60,542 bases of DNA from Clostridia bacterium (GCA_045576435.1 JAZNGL010000032.1:1-60542), one strand, 5' to 3'. Positions 18,701 through 27,058 are shown, numbered from the stretch's first letter. Made by a program: numbers and translations. Notes: generated by a model from the letters alone, not told the origin.

Positions 18701-21245
18701 AAACATTTCAGGACATCAGAAGTTGGTTTATCTCAGCTTTGATATTTATAGAGAAAGTGGCGAACAGCAATTCACATTGCAGTTGCGTAATAGCAGAGGT
18801 AACAAGACATTCGTGTCAATTGCTTATAGCACTTTTAATTCATATATTCCTATAAATAGCAGAACAAATGTTTGTTTTGTTGTCGATATGGCGGCAACAA
18901 CTATTGTAGATGGTTTTGAGGTTGCACCTTATGCTCTTTATGTAAATTCGCAAGAGGTTCAAAGAGGATTAACATCATCTGGTGCAGGAGTGAATATCAG
19001 CAAATCAGGAACTTTCACCTTGCAGCTTCTTACTAGAGACAACTCAACTAATGTTTATTCAACCTGGTTTGATAATGTTAAAGGTATTGTTTATGATATA
19101 GCACCTGAATTTGTGGCAACACCTGTTATTGAAGATGGTGCAACAAGCATTTCATACAAAAAGACTTCTTATAAAATTGATTTTAACAACGATTTGAAGC
19201 CAGGCTGCACTACAGATTCATCAGTTGTTTTGATGAAAGATGGAGAGATTGTTCCGGGAACAACTGTAACAGAGGGCAAAAACTATCTTGTTCTTAATAT
19301 TCCATCGGAGACTCTTGAAGTGGGCAGAGTTACTTACACTGTTAGAATTATAGGCGGAGAAGTTTGCGATGTTTATGGAAAAGCGTTGAATGAAACAGAT
19401 TTCACATTCACAACAGTTGATGTGGGTGAAAATCTCTCTCCTGAGGTTAGCTTGGAGGTTTCAGCAGCGGATATAGCACCAAATCGTTATTTGCCTGAAA
19501 ATCCGATAGTATTAACTGCAACTGCAACCGATGAGGACGGTTCAATAAAGCAGGTTAATTTCTATAAAGATGGCGCTTTGATTGGTAGCGCAACTGAGCC
19601 AAACGGTGAGGGTAAATTTGAATATTCATGGAATGCTCTTGAAGCTGCAGATATGGAAACTCTTTATGAAATAACCGCTATTGCGATTGATAATCAAAAC
19701 GCACAAAGCGAGAGCTTGGGTCAGTCGATTTTGGTTTATGGTATCAAAGCACCACAAATTGATGTAACAGTTCCTAAAAAGGTCTATGCTTCAATCAGCG
19801 GTGTTAAGGCGGATTCGTTTAAGATAAGCGGAACAACCAGTGATGTGGACAGCGAACTTTCTGCAATGGAAGTTTTAATTGACGGAGTTCCTGTTAAAAC
19901 TTATACAAACCCATTAAAGGGCACGTTTGAATATGAACATCTTTTGGCTCTTGCAGCGGGAGAACACACTGTTAAAATTAGTGTGAGTGATAACACTCCT
20001 GCAGAACTTGGTGGTGCAAGAACAACTATTAGTGCAGAATATGTTGTTGAAGTTGTTGATGCAACACGTGCTGAAGTGTTCCAGACTGAAGATTTGACTG
20101 TTGAAGAAAACAAGGGAAAATGGATTACTCAGTCTATAAGTCCTTATGTTAAGGTTGATGCTGAGCGCGGACTTGTTCTTAAGCAAGAAACTGCAGGCGA
20201 CATTACGATTTCCAGAACAATCAATCAATTAAATGTTCAAAATCGTATTTGGCAGCTTGATGCAACAGTTAAATTTAACACAAATACTCATAATAGAAAA
20301 ATTACTTTAGCAACAATTCCTTTGGTTGAATTCACAGCTGACGGAAAGGTTACAAGTGATGGTGTTGATACAGGCATTAAGTATTATGCAGATCAAGCCT
20401 ATAACATTACTGCAGTTGTTAATCCGTTGTCAGGATATATGGCTTGCATGTTGAACGGAACCAAAATTTACGAAGCTAAGGTGATTGATGCTACAAAATT
20501 TGCTTCAGGCGGAGTTTTCTCAATAGTTCAAACAGGCGTAAATTCAACTGTTGCTGAGACAATCGTTAAGAGCTATGGTGCTTATAACATTGGCAAAGTC
20601 GGAACAGTTGTGATGGACGTTAAGTTATATGAAGCAGATGGAACAGAGGCAAATACTGCAAGTGTTTCAACAAAACCTGGTTATATTGTTGTGAAGATTA
20701 ATGGCGAAGATATTTCAAATGTTGTTGATTTAGCAGATTGTGTTTATGTGGTTGATACAACAACAGGTGAAAATTGTGAAATTAAGTTTGAAGATGGCAA
20801 ACTCAAGATTGTTGATACTTTGTTTAGCGGAAATGCCTATGAAATAAGAGTTGGTCAAAATGCACACAACTCTCAGGGAGTTGCTTATTCTGGGACTTTT
20901 GTTTTGCCGTTCACAACAACGTCAAATGTTGTTATGATTGACAGAAACACAGCAGGTTTTGAGGAGCAAGGCCTTGCTGAAGGAACAACTGTTAACTTCT
21001 CAGCTAATGTTACTAACACATCAGGAGAAAGCAAACTTCTTTATGTTATTTGCGCAGTTTATGAAGGAAATGAGATGATTGATAAAACAATCACTGAGCA
21101 GACTGTTGCTAATGGTGGCGGCGGAATTTCAGTAACTTCTCCGTTACTTGGCGAGATAACAGAAGATACAGTAGTTGAAGTATTCGTTTTAGAATGTTTG
21201 GATGAGTTAACATCCTTCACTGAGGAAATATTTAAACTGAAATAG
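15756..21245 (+). CDS. giant secreted Ig-like/LamG-like repeat protein (1829 aa), no recognisable catalytic domain or wall anchor
   Basis: Signal peptide ending SVSA-AD. SbsA/Big_5-like segments (TPTIAEGEKISPNKKAYKVEFDNDI...; TPVIEDGATSISYKKTSYKIDFNNDL...). Ig-like segments (NRYLPGTPITLTASA..., NRYLPENPIVLTATA...). No SLH, LPXTG or C-terminal TM. Confidence 0.7.
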   Translation: MKRFISLVLTALMVIGLMPMTISVSAADAPSFTVVGIAEGEHFVANTGSDRNVFVTAAAESAAITKVEFLVNNTLLGEDAEAPFVFALPKSATYVSETQTQKLKVRAYSDETTFAEQVIEYYAHFGKVLDSKIEGYDTVNSFDYTTIAAGAPTLGFANHPVTNSRAIKVAGVSGDSITYSMAGSPTVSQVNEGLGVTYFEWDFYLTNDKVESTFTLRKKSSSGGASHMAWLNGKGATKAGNTVSAGAHKFTAFVDHANQRFTAYIDGNIDYNGTYAIIDTSNSKRITHTVNSMFKPKANAEMYIDNFKAIAYQLEDAPMTTATPTIAEGEKISPNKKAYKVEFDNDIIETSVADDALVLMLGSEVIAGTTVTKGSNFITLNIPQNTLEFGEKEYTVKLKDGGVADKYGRYLSGQDFKFKTVMSQADLRPDVELTISDPDVGVNRYLPGTPITLTASAIFEDGEIESIEFKNGDEQITSIPRASLTQSEGTYSCEYNWNAPEAVDADDIYSITAVATYDVDGFEVLGTSNVKEILVLDYQDPTITIDTPAQVYATIDNLKVGSLKVTGTTDDIDGTVETVEVYLNDGGTDTKIGNAVIAADGTYEYIHEGVLEEGDYGVRVTAIDDTDQSANASSSFNVKVVEAKETAFVKDNLSTETALANWSLTGDATITAVTGEGLTLTQNARGDASVTRNVADNTLDEKVWVLKTGVKFGDATQRRTLSIGTQESLTFTESGKIFYGAADTGIAYAADGTIEIEYIANPIGGFAALAINGTTVFENKKLAEDFSEGVQIKLEQTGRVGAEVKAVVTDFAIFDVQIPPNKIVITGMRDGERYIANDGNIRKITVTDTKEIATKFEFKIDGELVHTDSDGSDGFAFTLPSVTTSNEEKTLKVIAYAGDVQSAFVEYKFTIFAGIPGTQNAQQTFDKTPYTISGKDVPNTVTNSGGLLDGNALKISMAGTQENSFARYFVLNDDATEGTLISNISGHQKLVYLSFDIYRESGEQQFTLQLRNSRGNKTFVSIAYSTFNSYIPINSRTNVCFVVDMAATTIVDGFEVAPYALYVNSQEVQRGLTSSGAGVNISKSGTFTLQLLTRDNSTNVYSTWFDNVKGIVYDIAPEFVATPVIEDGATSISYKKTSYKIDFNNDLKPGCTTDSSVVLMKDGEIVPGTTVTEGKNYLVLNIPSETLEVGRVTYTVRIIGGEVCDVYGKALNETDFTFTTVDVGENLSPEVSLEVSAADIAPNRYLPENPIVLTATATDEDGSIKQVNFYKDGALIGSATEPNGEGKFEYSWNALEAADMETLYEITAIAIDNQNAQSESLGQSILVYGIKAPQIDVTVPKKVYASISGVKADSFKISGTTSDVDSELSAMEVLIDGVPVKTYTNPLKGTFEYEHLLALAAGEHTVKISVSDNTPAELGGARTTISAEYVVEVVDATRAEVFQTEDLTVEENKGKWITQSISPYVKVDAERGLVLKQETAGDITISRTINQLNVQNRIWQLDATVKFNTNTHNRKITLATIPLVEFTADGKVTSDGVDTGIKYYADQAYNITAVVNPLSGYMACMLNGTKIYEAKVIDATKFASGGVFSIVQTGVNSTVAETIVKSYGAYNIGKVGTVVMDVKLYEADGTEANTASVSTKPGYIVVKINGEDISNVVDLADCVYVVDTTTGENCEIKFEDGKLKIVDTLFSGNAYEIRVGQNAHNSQGVAYSGTFVLPFTTTSNVVMIDRNTAGFEEQGLAEGTTVNFSANVTNTSGESKLLYVICAVYEGNEMIDKTITEQTVANGGGGISVTSPLLGEITEDTVVEVFVLECLDELTSFTEEIFKLK
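15837..18206 (+). repeat. internal protein-level duplication, module 1 (about 790 aa; approximate bounds)
   Basis: Same domain order as module 2: Ig-like, LamG-like, Big_5-like, Ig-like x2, LamG-like. The modules are alignable by eye but diverged. Confidence 0.6.
18207..20595 (+). repeat. internal protein-level duplication, module 2 (about 796 aa; approximate bounds)
   Basis: IPPNKIVITGMRDGERYIANDG... parallels APSFTVVGIAEGEHFVANTG.... Later segments pair in the same order as in module 1. Confidence 0.6.
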
Positions 21246-21255
21246 TTTTAAACTT

Positions 21256-21287
21256 AAAAAGTCACAGCGAAAGCTGTGACTTTTTTT
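21256..21287 (+). terminator. rho-independent terminator ending the five-gene operon
   Basis: AAAAA-GTCACAGC-GAAA-GCTGTGAC-TTTTTTT: perfect 8-bp stem, GNRA loop, T7 tract, 11 nt after the stop codon. Confidence 0.8.
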
Positions 21288-21288
21288 G

Positions 21289-21317
21289 TTGACGCATTGG
21301 AAATTTTGTGATAAAAT
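21289..21317 (+). promoter_or_regulatory. sigma-A-type promoter of the second lyase-like paralog
   Basis: TTGACG (21289-21294), 17-nt spacer, TGtgaTAAAAT (-10 at 21312-21317). Same architecture as the promoter at 5650. Confidence 0.5.
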
Positions 21318-21412
21318 TAGCTTAGGAATTAGCAATTAGAAAAATTAAAATTGTAGTATATTTTAATTTTTCAAAGGTTTAAAATGAAAAGTTATAAAAG
21401 GAGTGGGGGAGT

Positions 21413-24400
21413 ATGAAAAAACATATTGCAAAAGTGTTATTGCTGGCACTTATCATTAACCTTTTGCCCTTTAGTGGAGCGTCGTTCGGCGCTTTTGCTA
21501 GTGAAAAGTTGCCTGATATAATATATATATCAGACAATTATGAGGAGCAGGTAACTGGTAAATTCCCGAGCGGATTTTACGAGATGATTCCTGAAATCTT
21601 TGTTGAAAAAGCACCGCGAGAAGGAGAACCCGATAACCAGGCGATAATGTTTAAAAATACAGAGGATGCTAAAAAGCCTCTTTCAATCACGATGCCACTT
21701 GCTTTTGCACCACTTTGGGAAGATTTTGTGCTGGAGTTTGAATATATGGTTGGCACAAAAGACGCGGTTGGTAAAGTGAAGATGGGTCTTGATGTTGTTG
21801 ATCGTGCACAAGGCTACAGACACATGCAGGTGCCTGCGTATGAAGAGCTGATAGAAATTGGTGAAAAATTAAAAATAAGTGGCGAGACCATAACAACAAA
21901 TGAAGTTGGAAAATGGCGTAAGCTTACCTTGAAGGTTGATGCTAAAACAAAAAAAGCAGATGTTTACATAGATGGCAAACTGGAGAAAACAGTTTCAGTG
22001 CCAAACTTCAAGAATGTTCCTGGATTTTTGTTTGTGGCACCGGAACTTGGTGATATTAACGATTTTTGGATGGCTGACGATGTTAATCTCTACCTTTCTG
22101 ATCGTGTTTTAACCGATGAAGAGATTGCTGAGAAAATGGCAGAATTCAAAAAGAGTGAATGGGGTTTACCAAACAGATATAGGACAGGCTTTTTAGGAAG
22201 AATGAGATATTTTACCTATGAAGCAATCCGTGACGAATTTTTAATGAGCACATATGGCAGACGTGCATATAAAGACAATCAGTATTATTCGTTCCCAACC
22301 AACAGTTATAGTAAAAATAACAAAATTTATATCCCACTAAGAGGCTTTTGCGAGATGTTGGGAGCAAAGGTAAACTATGACAATGGTTTGGTTACTGTTG
22401 ATTATAGTGGCAAAAACTTAAAGCTCACAATCGGAGAAAGTGTTTATTATATTAATGGCAAAAATTCTCAGCTTGATAATCCTGTGGAGCTTAAAGATGG
22501 AAACACCATGTTTGAACTTGATATCTTGTCAAAGTTTATGGGACTTAGCTATGAGATTATTTATGGAGATATAATTTCATTCACGGGTGATTTCAAGTCA
22601 AAACGCAGACTTGCACCGGGATTAATCAACGATGAGCATGATTTCGACACAATCATCAAGGATCGTGTTAGAATAAGTTTGATTTTTGATCATCCAACTG
22701 CTGAAGAAATTTTGACGTTATATAGAGAAAAGAACCCTGAGGGTTCACACGAGAAGTTATTAACGGCATTTTATAGCTTTGATGACTTGCGTGCAATGTA
22801 TGCAAATGGTGAGGGAAGCGAGCCGCTCTTTAACAAGGCTGTTAAAACCTTTATCAACACCGCAGATAAAGAAATAGGCAATCCAACAGGCTATGGCAAT
22901 GCTGATATAGTTGCATTTGCATGGCAAATGACCAAGGATGATAAATATATTGAAACAATAAATCAAGAAGTTGATAAGCTCTGTGAGCAAATGGAAAAGT
23001 ATTTGGTGCTTGATTGGCATGATAAGAATTCAAACCCTCTTCAGCTTGGAAATATTCCTAAATATATTGCAAGGGTTTATGATTGGGCATATGATGTTTT
23101 AACCGAAGAATCCATAAAGAAAATAATGGATATAACCGAAAGATATACTTTCCCGTATTATGAGCAATCTTTTGGTGCACAGAGAAGAGTTGGCTCTTTT
23201 TCTACCTTAGGTTATCCTGAAAATGCAACCAATGTAACATTTATTGCAAAGAATGGTGCCCTTGAAACCTGTATCGCAATGATGGATTTATATCCAAAGC
23301 GTGCATCCGAATTGCTTTCGGCTGTGATTATGAGGTTTGGGGATGAGGCAAATACTTTTTATCCTGCAGGATATTGGGGTGAAGGTATCTCATATTGGAA
23401 CATGACTATGCCATATTATGCTGATGCATATATGGATATTGAGTCGGCATTTGGAACGACCTTTGGTCTGGCAGATGTTGAAGGTATGTTGAAAACCTCA
23501 GATTTTGCTTTAGCACTCCAAGGTTCAACAGGTGCAACATATATCTTTGGAGATGGTAATGCACAGGATCCTTATAATACATGGTTTATGTATGAGGCAA
23601 AAAAGAGCAATAACAAAGCTCTTGCTCAGGTTCGAAAAAAACACTTTTCAGGAACAGGTTATGCAGACATATTCGCTTGGTGCCCAAGTGAACTAAAAGG
23701 TGCTTTGGTAAATCGTACGACAGATAGCTTTATTGAAGGTGGCGGAAAAGAGGTTGTTCTCAGGTCCGGCTGGAATTCAACTGATGCGAGCGTTGCAATA
23801 CATGCAGGTGCCACAACGGGCGACACTCATGGACATGAAGATGTTGGTGATGTTCAGTTTGATATGCTTGGTTTCCGTTGGGGAACTGCAATTGCGAAAG
23901 AAAGCTATAATCTTCGCGACTATGGTTTTTATGGAACGCGTGATGGAAAACCGGAAACAGGCTATGGTGGAGGAGACTTTTATCGTAACAACGCTGAAGG
24001 CCATAATGTTGTTATTGCCAATATGGGTGCAACAAGACGTTTAATGAACCCGAGCGGGAAGAGCCAATTCGCCGATATTCAGTTTGGCGAAACAATGTCA
24101 TTCACAGTGCTCGATATGACCGAAACAAATGTGCTTTATGAAAAAGGAACACGCGGAATTAAGCTTGACAAAATTCAGAATGAGGTAACAATCCGTGATG
24201 AATTTATTGCAAAAGAAAAGACGGATTTCTGGTGGTTCATGCACACTATTGCAAATGTTGAAATAGCAGAGGATGGAAGAACTGCAATTCTTACAACTCC
24301 TGATGGCGGAAAGAAAATATGGGCAGGAATATTGTCGGATGGAGATGAAAAGTTCCAGGTCATGGAAGCTAAGGCGATGTCTGGCTTTAAAAAGCATCAG

Positions 24401-25363
24401 GACTTTAAAAATGATCCTAGTGACCCTAACTATCTCTTGCGTCCGGAAGGCCATGATGATGAAATTGTGAGACCACCGCTCGAAACACCGAATGACGGAA
24501 CACAAGATCCGAAGATTGCAATCGGAAATGTTGGAACTCAAAAAGACCCAATCAGAAAGCTTGCAATTCATGCAACCGACACAGACCGTTTTGAAGTTAG
24601 CGTTGTGTTTAAACCACTTGCAGGTGATGGTAATAAACCTTTGATTATGCCAACTGAACAGCCGATTAAGGATTGGAAAATTGAAGAAGTTGAGGTTGGC
24701 TTGTTAAATAGTGTGACTGTTGATGGTGCTCCGCTTGAAACGTTTGTGCCGTCAGTTATGAATTATTCAGTTATGACTGTAACAGAGAAGGACCCTGTTC
24801 CAAAGATTGAAGTTGAAGCAGATCCTAAATATGAAGTTGAGGTTATTGAGACAACTGCTGTTCCGGGAATCACCAGTGTGCTGCTTCGTGAAAAGGGAGT
24901 AATTTCAGCAATCTATAACTTCGCAATCAATCCAATTAACAACACAAAGGTATTTCATAACGACAGACAAATTCCGATTGTTGCATATACTACTAATGCT
25001 GACTATTCAGAAGATACAGGACCTCAAGCGATGTTTGATGGAGATTTGACGACAAACTTTGCAACACAATCTCAGGGCGGTGGAATAACAGCAGACTTGG
25101 GAGAAGTTAAAAAAGTAAACGAGATTCTGGCATCATTCTTACAAGGACTCACACGTCAGGAACATATGACTGTTGAGGTTTCTGTTGATGGCAAGAACTT
25201 CACTAAGGTGTTTGATGGTTGGAGTAGTGGAACATCAAAAGATTTAGAAATTTTCAGCCTTGGTGGCACGCATGATGCACGATATGTTCGAATTTTGTTC
25301 TATGGAAACAGCAAATCGTTATGGGCGTCCATTTCAGAGCTTGCAATTATTGAAGATAAATAA
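21413..25363 (+). CDS. secreted multidomain heparinase II/III-like protein, copy 2 (paralog of 11773..15738)
   Basis: Collinear with copy 1 over its full length (1316 vs 1321 aa), roughly two-thirds identical by eye (not computed). Same domain string, including THGHEDVGDVQFDMLGFRW and the C-terminal F5/8 type C domain. GGAGTGGGGGAG SD. Confidence 0.75.
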   Translation: MKKHIAKVLLLALIINLLPFSGASFGAFASEKLPDIIYISDNYEEQVTGKFPSGFYEMIPEIFVEKAPREGEPDNQAIMFKNTEDAKKPLSITMPLAFAPLWEDFVLEFEYMVGTKDAVGKVKMGLDVVDRAQGYRHMQVPAYEELIEIGEKLKISGETITTNEVGKWRKLTLKVDAKTKKADVYIDGKLEKTVSVPNFKNVPGFLFVAPELGDINDFWMADDVNLYLSDRVLTDEEIAEKMAEFKKSEWGLPNRYRTGFLGRMRYFTYEAIRDEFLMSTYGRRAYKDNQYYSFPTNSYSKNNKIYIPLRGFCEMLGAKVNYDNGLVTVDYSGKNLKLTIGESVYYINGKNSQLDNPVELKDGNTMFELDILSKFMGLSYEIIYGDIISFTGDFKSKRRLAPGLINDEHDFDTIIKDRVRISLIFDHPTAEEILTLYREKNPEGSHEKLLTAFYSFDDLRAMYANGEGSEPLFNKAVKTFINTADKEIGNPTGYGNADIVAFAWQMTKDDKYIETINQEVDKLCEQMEKYLVLDWHDKNSNPLQLGNIPKYIARVYDWAYDVLTEESIKKIMDITERYTFPYYEQSFGAQRRVGSFSTLGYPENATNVTFIAKNGALETCIAMMDLYPKRASELLSAVIMRFGDEANTFYPAGYWGEGISYWNMTMPYYADAYMDIESAFGTTFGLADVEGMLKTSDFALALQGSTGATYIFGDGNAQDPYNTWFMYEAKKSNNKALAQVRKKHFSGTGYADIFAWCPSELKGALVNRTTDSFIEGGGKEVVLRSGWNSTDASVAIHAGATTGDTHGHEDVGDVQFDMLGFRWGTAIAKESYNLRDYGFYGTRDGKPETGYGGGDFYRNNAEGHNVVIANMGATRRLMNPSGKSQFADIQFGETMSFTVLDMTETNVLYEKGTRGIKLDKIQNEVTIRDEFIAKEKTDFWWFMHTIANVEIAEDGRTAILTTPDGGKKIWAGILSDGDEKFQVMEAKAMSGFKKHQDFKNDPSDPNYLLRPEGHDDEIVRPPLETPNDGTQDPKIAIGNVGTQKDPIRKLAIHATDTDRFEVSVVFKPLAGDGNKPLIMPTEQPIKDWKIEEVEVGLLNSVTVDGAPLETFVPSVMNYSVMTVTEKDPVPKIEVEADPKYEVEVIETTAVPGITSVLLREKGVISAIYNFAINPINNTKVFHNDRQIPIVAYTTNADYSEDTGPQAMFDGDLTTNFATQSQGGGITADLGEVKKVNEILASFLQGLTRQEHMTVEVSVDGKNFTKVFDGWSSGTSKDLEIFSLGGTHDARYVRILFYGNSKSLWASISELAIIEDK

Positions 25364-25380
25364 AATTAGTTACAAATCAG

Positions 25381-25415
25381 GCAGGTCACAACAAAAGTTG
25401 TGACTTGCTTGTTTT
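25381..25415 (+). terminator. rho-independent terminator after lyase paralog 2
   Basis: GCAGGTCACAAC-AAAA-GTTGTGACTTGC: 12-bp stem with one G-U pair, followed by TTGTTTT. Confidence 0.6.
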
Positions 25416-25482
25416 GGTGCCTTTAGGCGTGGAAATAAACCCCCAGTTCTACTGGGGGAGCAATAAAAAGCTTTAGCATGAG

Positions 25483-25550
25483 AAAACCTCCATGATATAA
25501 TAGTAAATGGTTTGGCGACCGCATTACAAAAAATATATCATGGAGGTTTT
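25483..25550 (+). promoter_or_regulatory. long stem-loop sequestering the tnpA ribosome-binding site
   Basis: AAAACCTCCATGATATA (25483-25499) is a perfect complement of TATATCATGGAGGTTTT (25534-25550). The right arm contains the GGAGG SD, 9 nt before the ATG at 25556. Confidence 0.65.
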
Positions 25551-25555
25551 TAACA

Positions 25556-26035
25556 ATGTTAAAGAAAAACACAAATGAAATAAAAAGCACAGCACATTCA
25601 AAATATAGGTGTCAGTATCACATAGTATTTGCTCCCAAATATCGGCGTAAAGAAATATATGGAAAATTACGGAAAGATATAGGAGAGATATTAAGAAAAC
25701 TCTGCGGCCAAAAGGATGTAGAAATATTGGAAGCAGAAGCGTGCATAGACCATATACATATGCTGGTAGTTATTCCACCGCATATAAGTATAGCACAATT
25801 CATGGGATTTCTCAAGGGAAAAAGTTCGCTAATGATATTTGATAGACATGCGAATTTAAAATATAAGTATGGATCAAGAAATTTTTGGTGCAGAGGATAT
25901 TATGTAGATACAGTAGGAAGAAACAAAAAGGTAATTGCAGAGTACATACGCAACCAATTAGAAGAAGATTACGCCTCAGACCAAATAAGTATGAAAGAAT
26001 ATATGGACCCGTTTACGGGTAATAAGCAGAAGTAG
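25556..26035 (+). CDS. tnpA: IS200/IS605-family Y1 (HUH) transposase TnpA
   Basis: 159 aa. Motifs YHIVFAPKYRRK, HIHMLV (HUH) and WCRGYYVDTVG (catalytic Tyr region). Confidence 0.9.
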   Translation: MLKKNTNEIKSTAHSKYRCQYHIVFAPKYRRKEIYGKLRKDIGEILRKLCGQKDVEILEAEACIDHIHMLVVIPPHISIAQFMGFLKGKSSLMIFDRHANLKYKYGSRNFWCRGYYVDTVGRNKKVIAEYIRNQLEEDYASDQISMKEYMDPFTGNKQK

Positions 26036-26182
26036 GCAAAAAAAGACAGCCGCACGTGAGCGGCTGCCTGAGATAGTAATGCGGTGTCAAACTTCGATGC
26101 CCCTTATAGGGGTTAAGCCTGTAATAGCCCCTTCTAGGGGCAGTGCATACCACTAGTTTACTAGTGGTTATGATTAATAAAT

Positions 26183-27046
26183 TTATTTTGAAAAATATTC
26201 CGAAAGTGTTGGTTCAAAAACTGCACCATACTCTATCTTTATATCTTTATGCTTCATTGTTTCTTTTATTGCACGAGTTATGAAACCAACTGCGATTTCA
26301 GATGCTTTGAAAAACTCATTACCTTGAAGAAGAGCGCCTGTGAGTGCCGCAGTAAAAATATCACCTGTTCCATGAAAAGGCCTATCAACATAGCAACAGT
26401 CAACAAAACAGGAAGAGTCTGAATCCTTGTCATAAACACCAACGACCATTTTGTTTTTATCGGTCATAACACTAGTTATGGCAATTTTTTTTGGTCCAAG
26501 CTCACACAGACGAGTCATAATTTCGCGAATATAGTCTTGTGAAACATAGCCAGTTGGATACTTTTCGTCAAGAAGAAGGCAGGCTTCGGTAAGATTTGGA
26601 GTTATAACATCAGCAAGACCAACAAATTTTTTCATACTCACCAAAAGATCACTCATTCTGTCGTAATATACGGTTTCAACATCGGAAAGGGCATTATCAC
26701 CAAGAACAGGGTCAACAACAATTAGCCCCCCGGTGGCTTTGATATCTTTTATAAAATCGGAGAGGAGCTCAATCTGATAAGAACTTCCGATATATCCTGT
26801 GCAAATAGCATCGAAATTGATCTCCAACTCTTTCCAATGCTCAATAATTTTTTGCATTTCCTGAGACATATCTAAAAAAGTATAATTTTCAAATTTATAA
26901 GTATGTGTTGAAAGAATTGCAGTTGGCAGAGGACAGACCTCGATGCCCATAGCAGAAAGTATGGGTATTGCCTCAGTGAGAGAGACTCTGCCAAACCCTG
27001 AAAGATCATTTACGGCAGCAACTCGGGGTATGTAACTTTTAATCAT
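26183..27046 (-). CDS. pdxK: pyridoxamine/pyridoxal kinase
   Basis: N-terminal PRVAAVNDLSGFGRVSLTEAIPILSAMGIEVCPLPTAILSTHT and C-terminal GTGDIFTAAL are typical of ribokinase-fold PdxK/PdxY. Confidence 0.8.
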   Translation of the reverse strand: MIKSYIPRVAAVNDLSGFGRVSLTEAIPILSAMGIEVCPLPTAILSTHTYKFENYTFLDMSQEMQKIIEHWKELEINFDAICTGYIGSSYQIELLSDFIKDIKATGGLIVVDPVLGDNALSDVETVYYDRMSDLLVSMKKFVGLADVITPNLTEACLLLDEKYPTGYVSQDYIREIMTRLCELGPKKIAITSVMTDKNKMVVGVYDKDSDSSCFVDCCYVDRPFHGTGDIFTAALTGALLQGNEFFKASEIAVGFITRAIKETMKHKDIKIEYGAVFEPTLSEYFSK

Positions 27047-27058
27047 TTTGAAGTCCTC

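Larger units (their letters stand above)
25420..26175 (+). mobile_element. IS200-type insertion sequence (IS200/IS605 family, tnpA only); ends approximate
   Basis: Single Y1 transposase gene flanked by subterminal hairpins rather than terminal inverted repeats. Left: CCCCCAGT-tct-ACTGGGGG (25440-25458). Right: CAGCCGC/GCGGCTG (26048-26067), CCCCT-tat-AGGGG (26101-26113), GCCCCT-tct-AGGGGC (26128-26142), ACCACTAGT/ACTAGTGGT (26150-26169). Confidence 0.75.

Noticed and set aside
21256-25415. The two terminators (GTCACAGC-GAAA-GCTGTGAC and GTCACAAC-AAAA-GTTGTGAC) and the two promoters (5650, 21289) look alike, suggesting the duplication carried its regulatory flanks.
   Set aside because: The first terminator follows the giant gene, not lyase copy 1, so it is not part of a simple duplicated unit. 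The shared core is only about 8 nt and the promoter similarity is just consensus. This may be coincidence; it is noted but not claimed.
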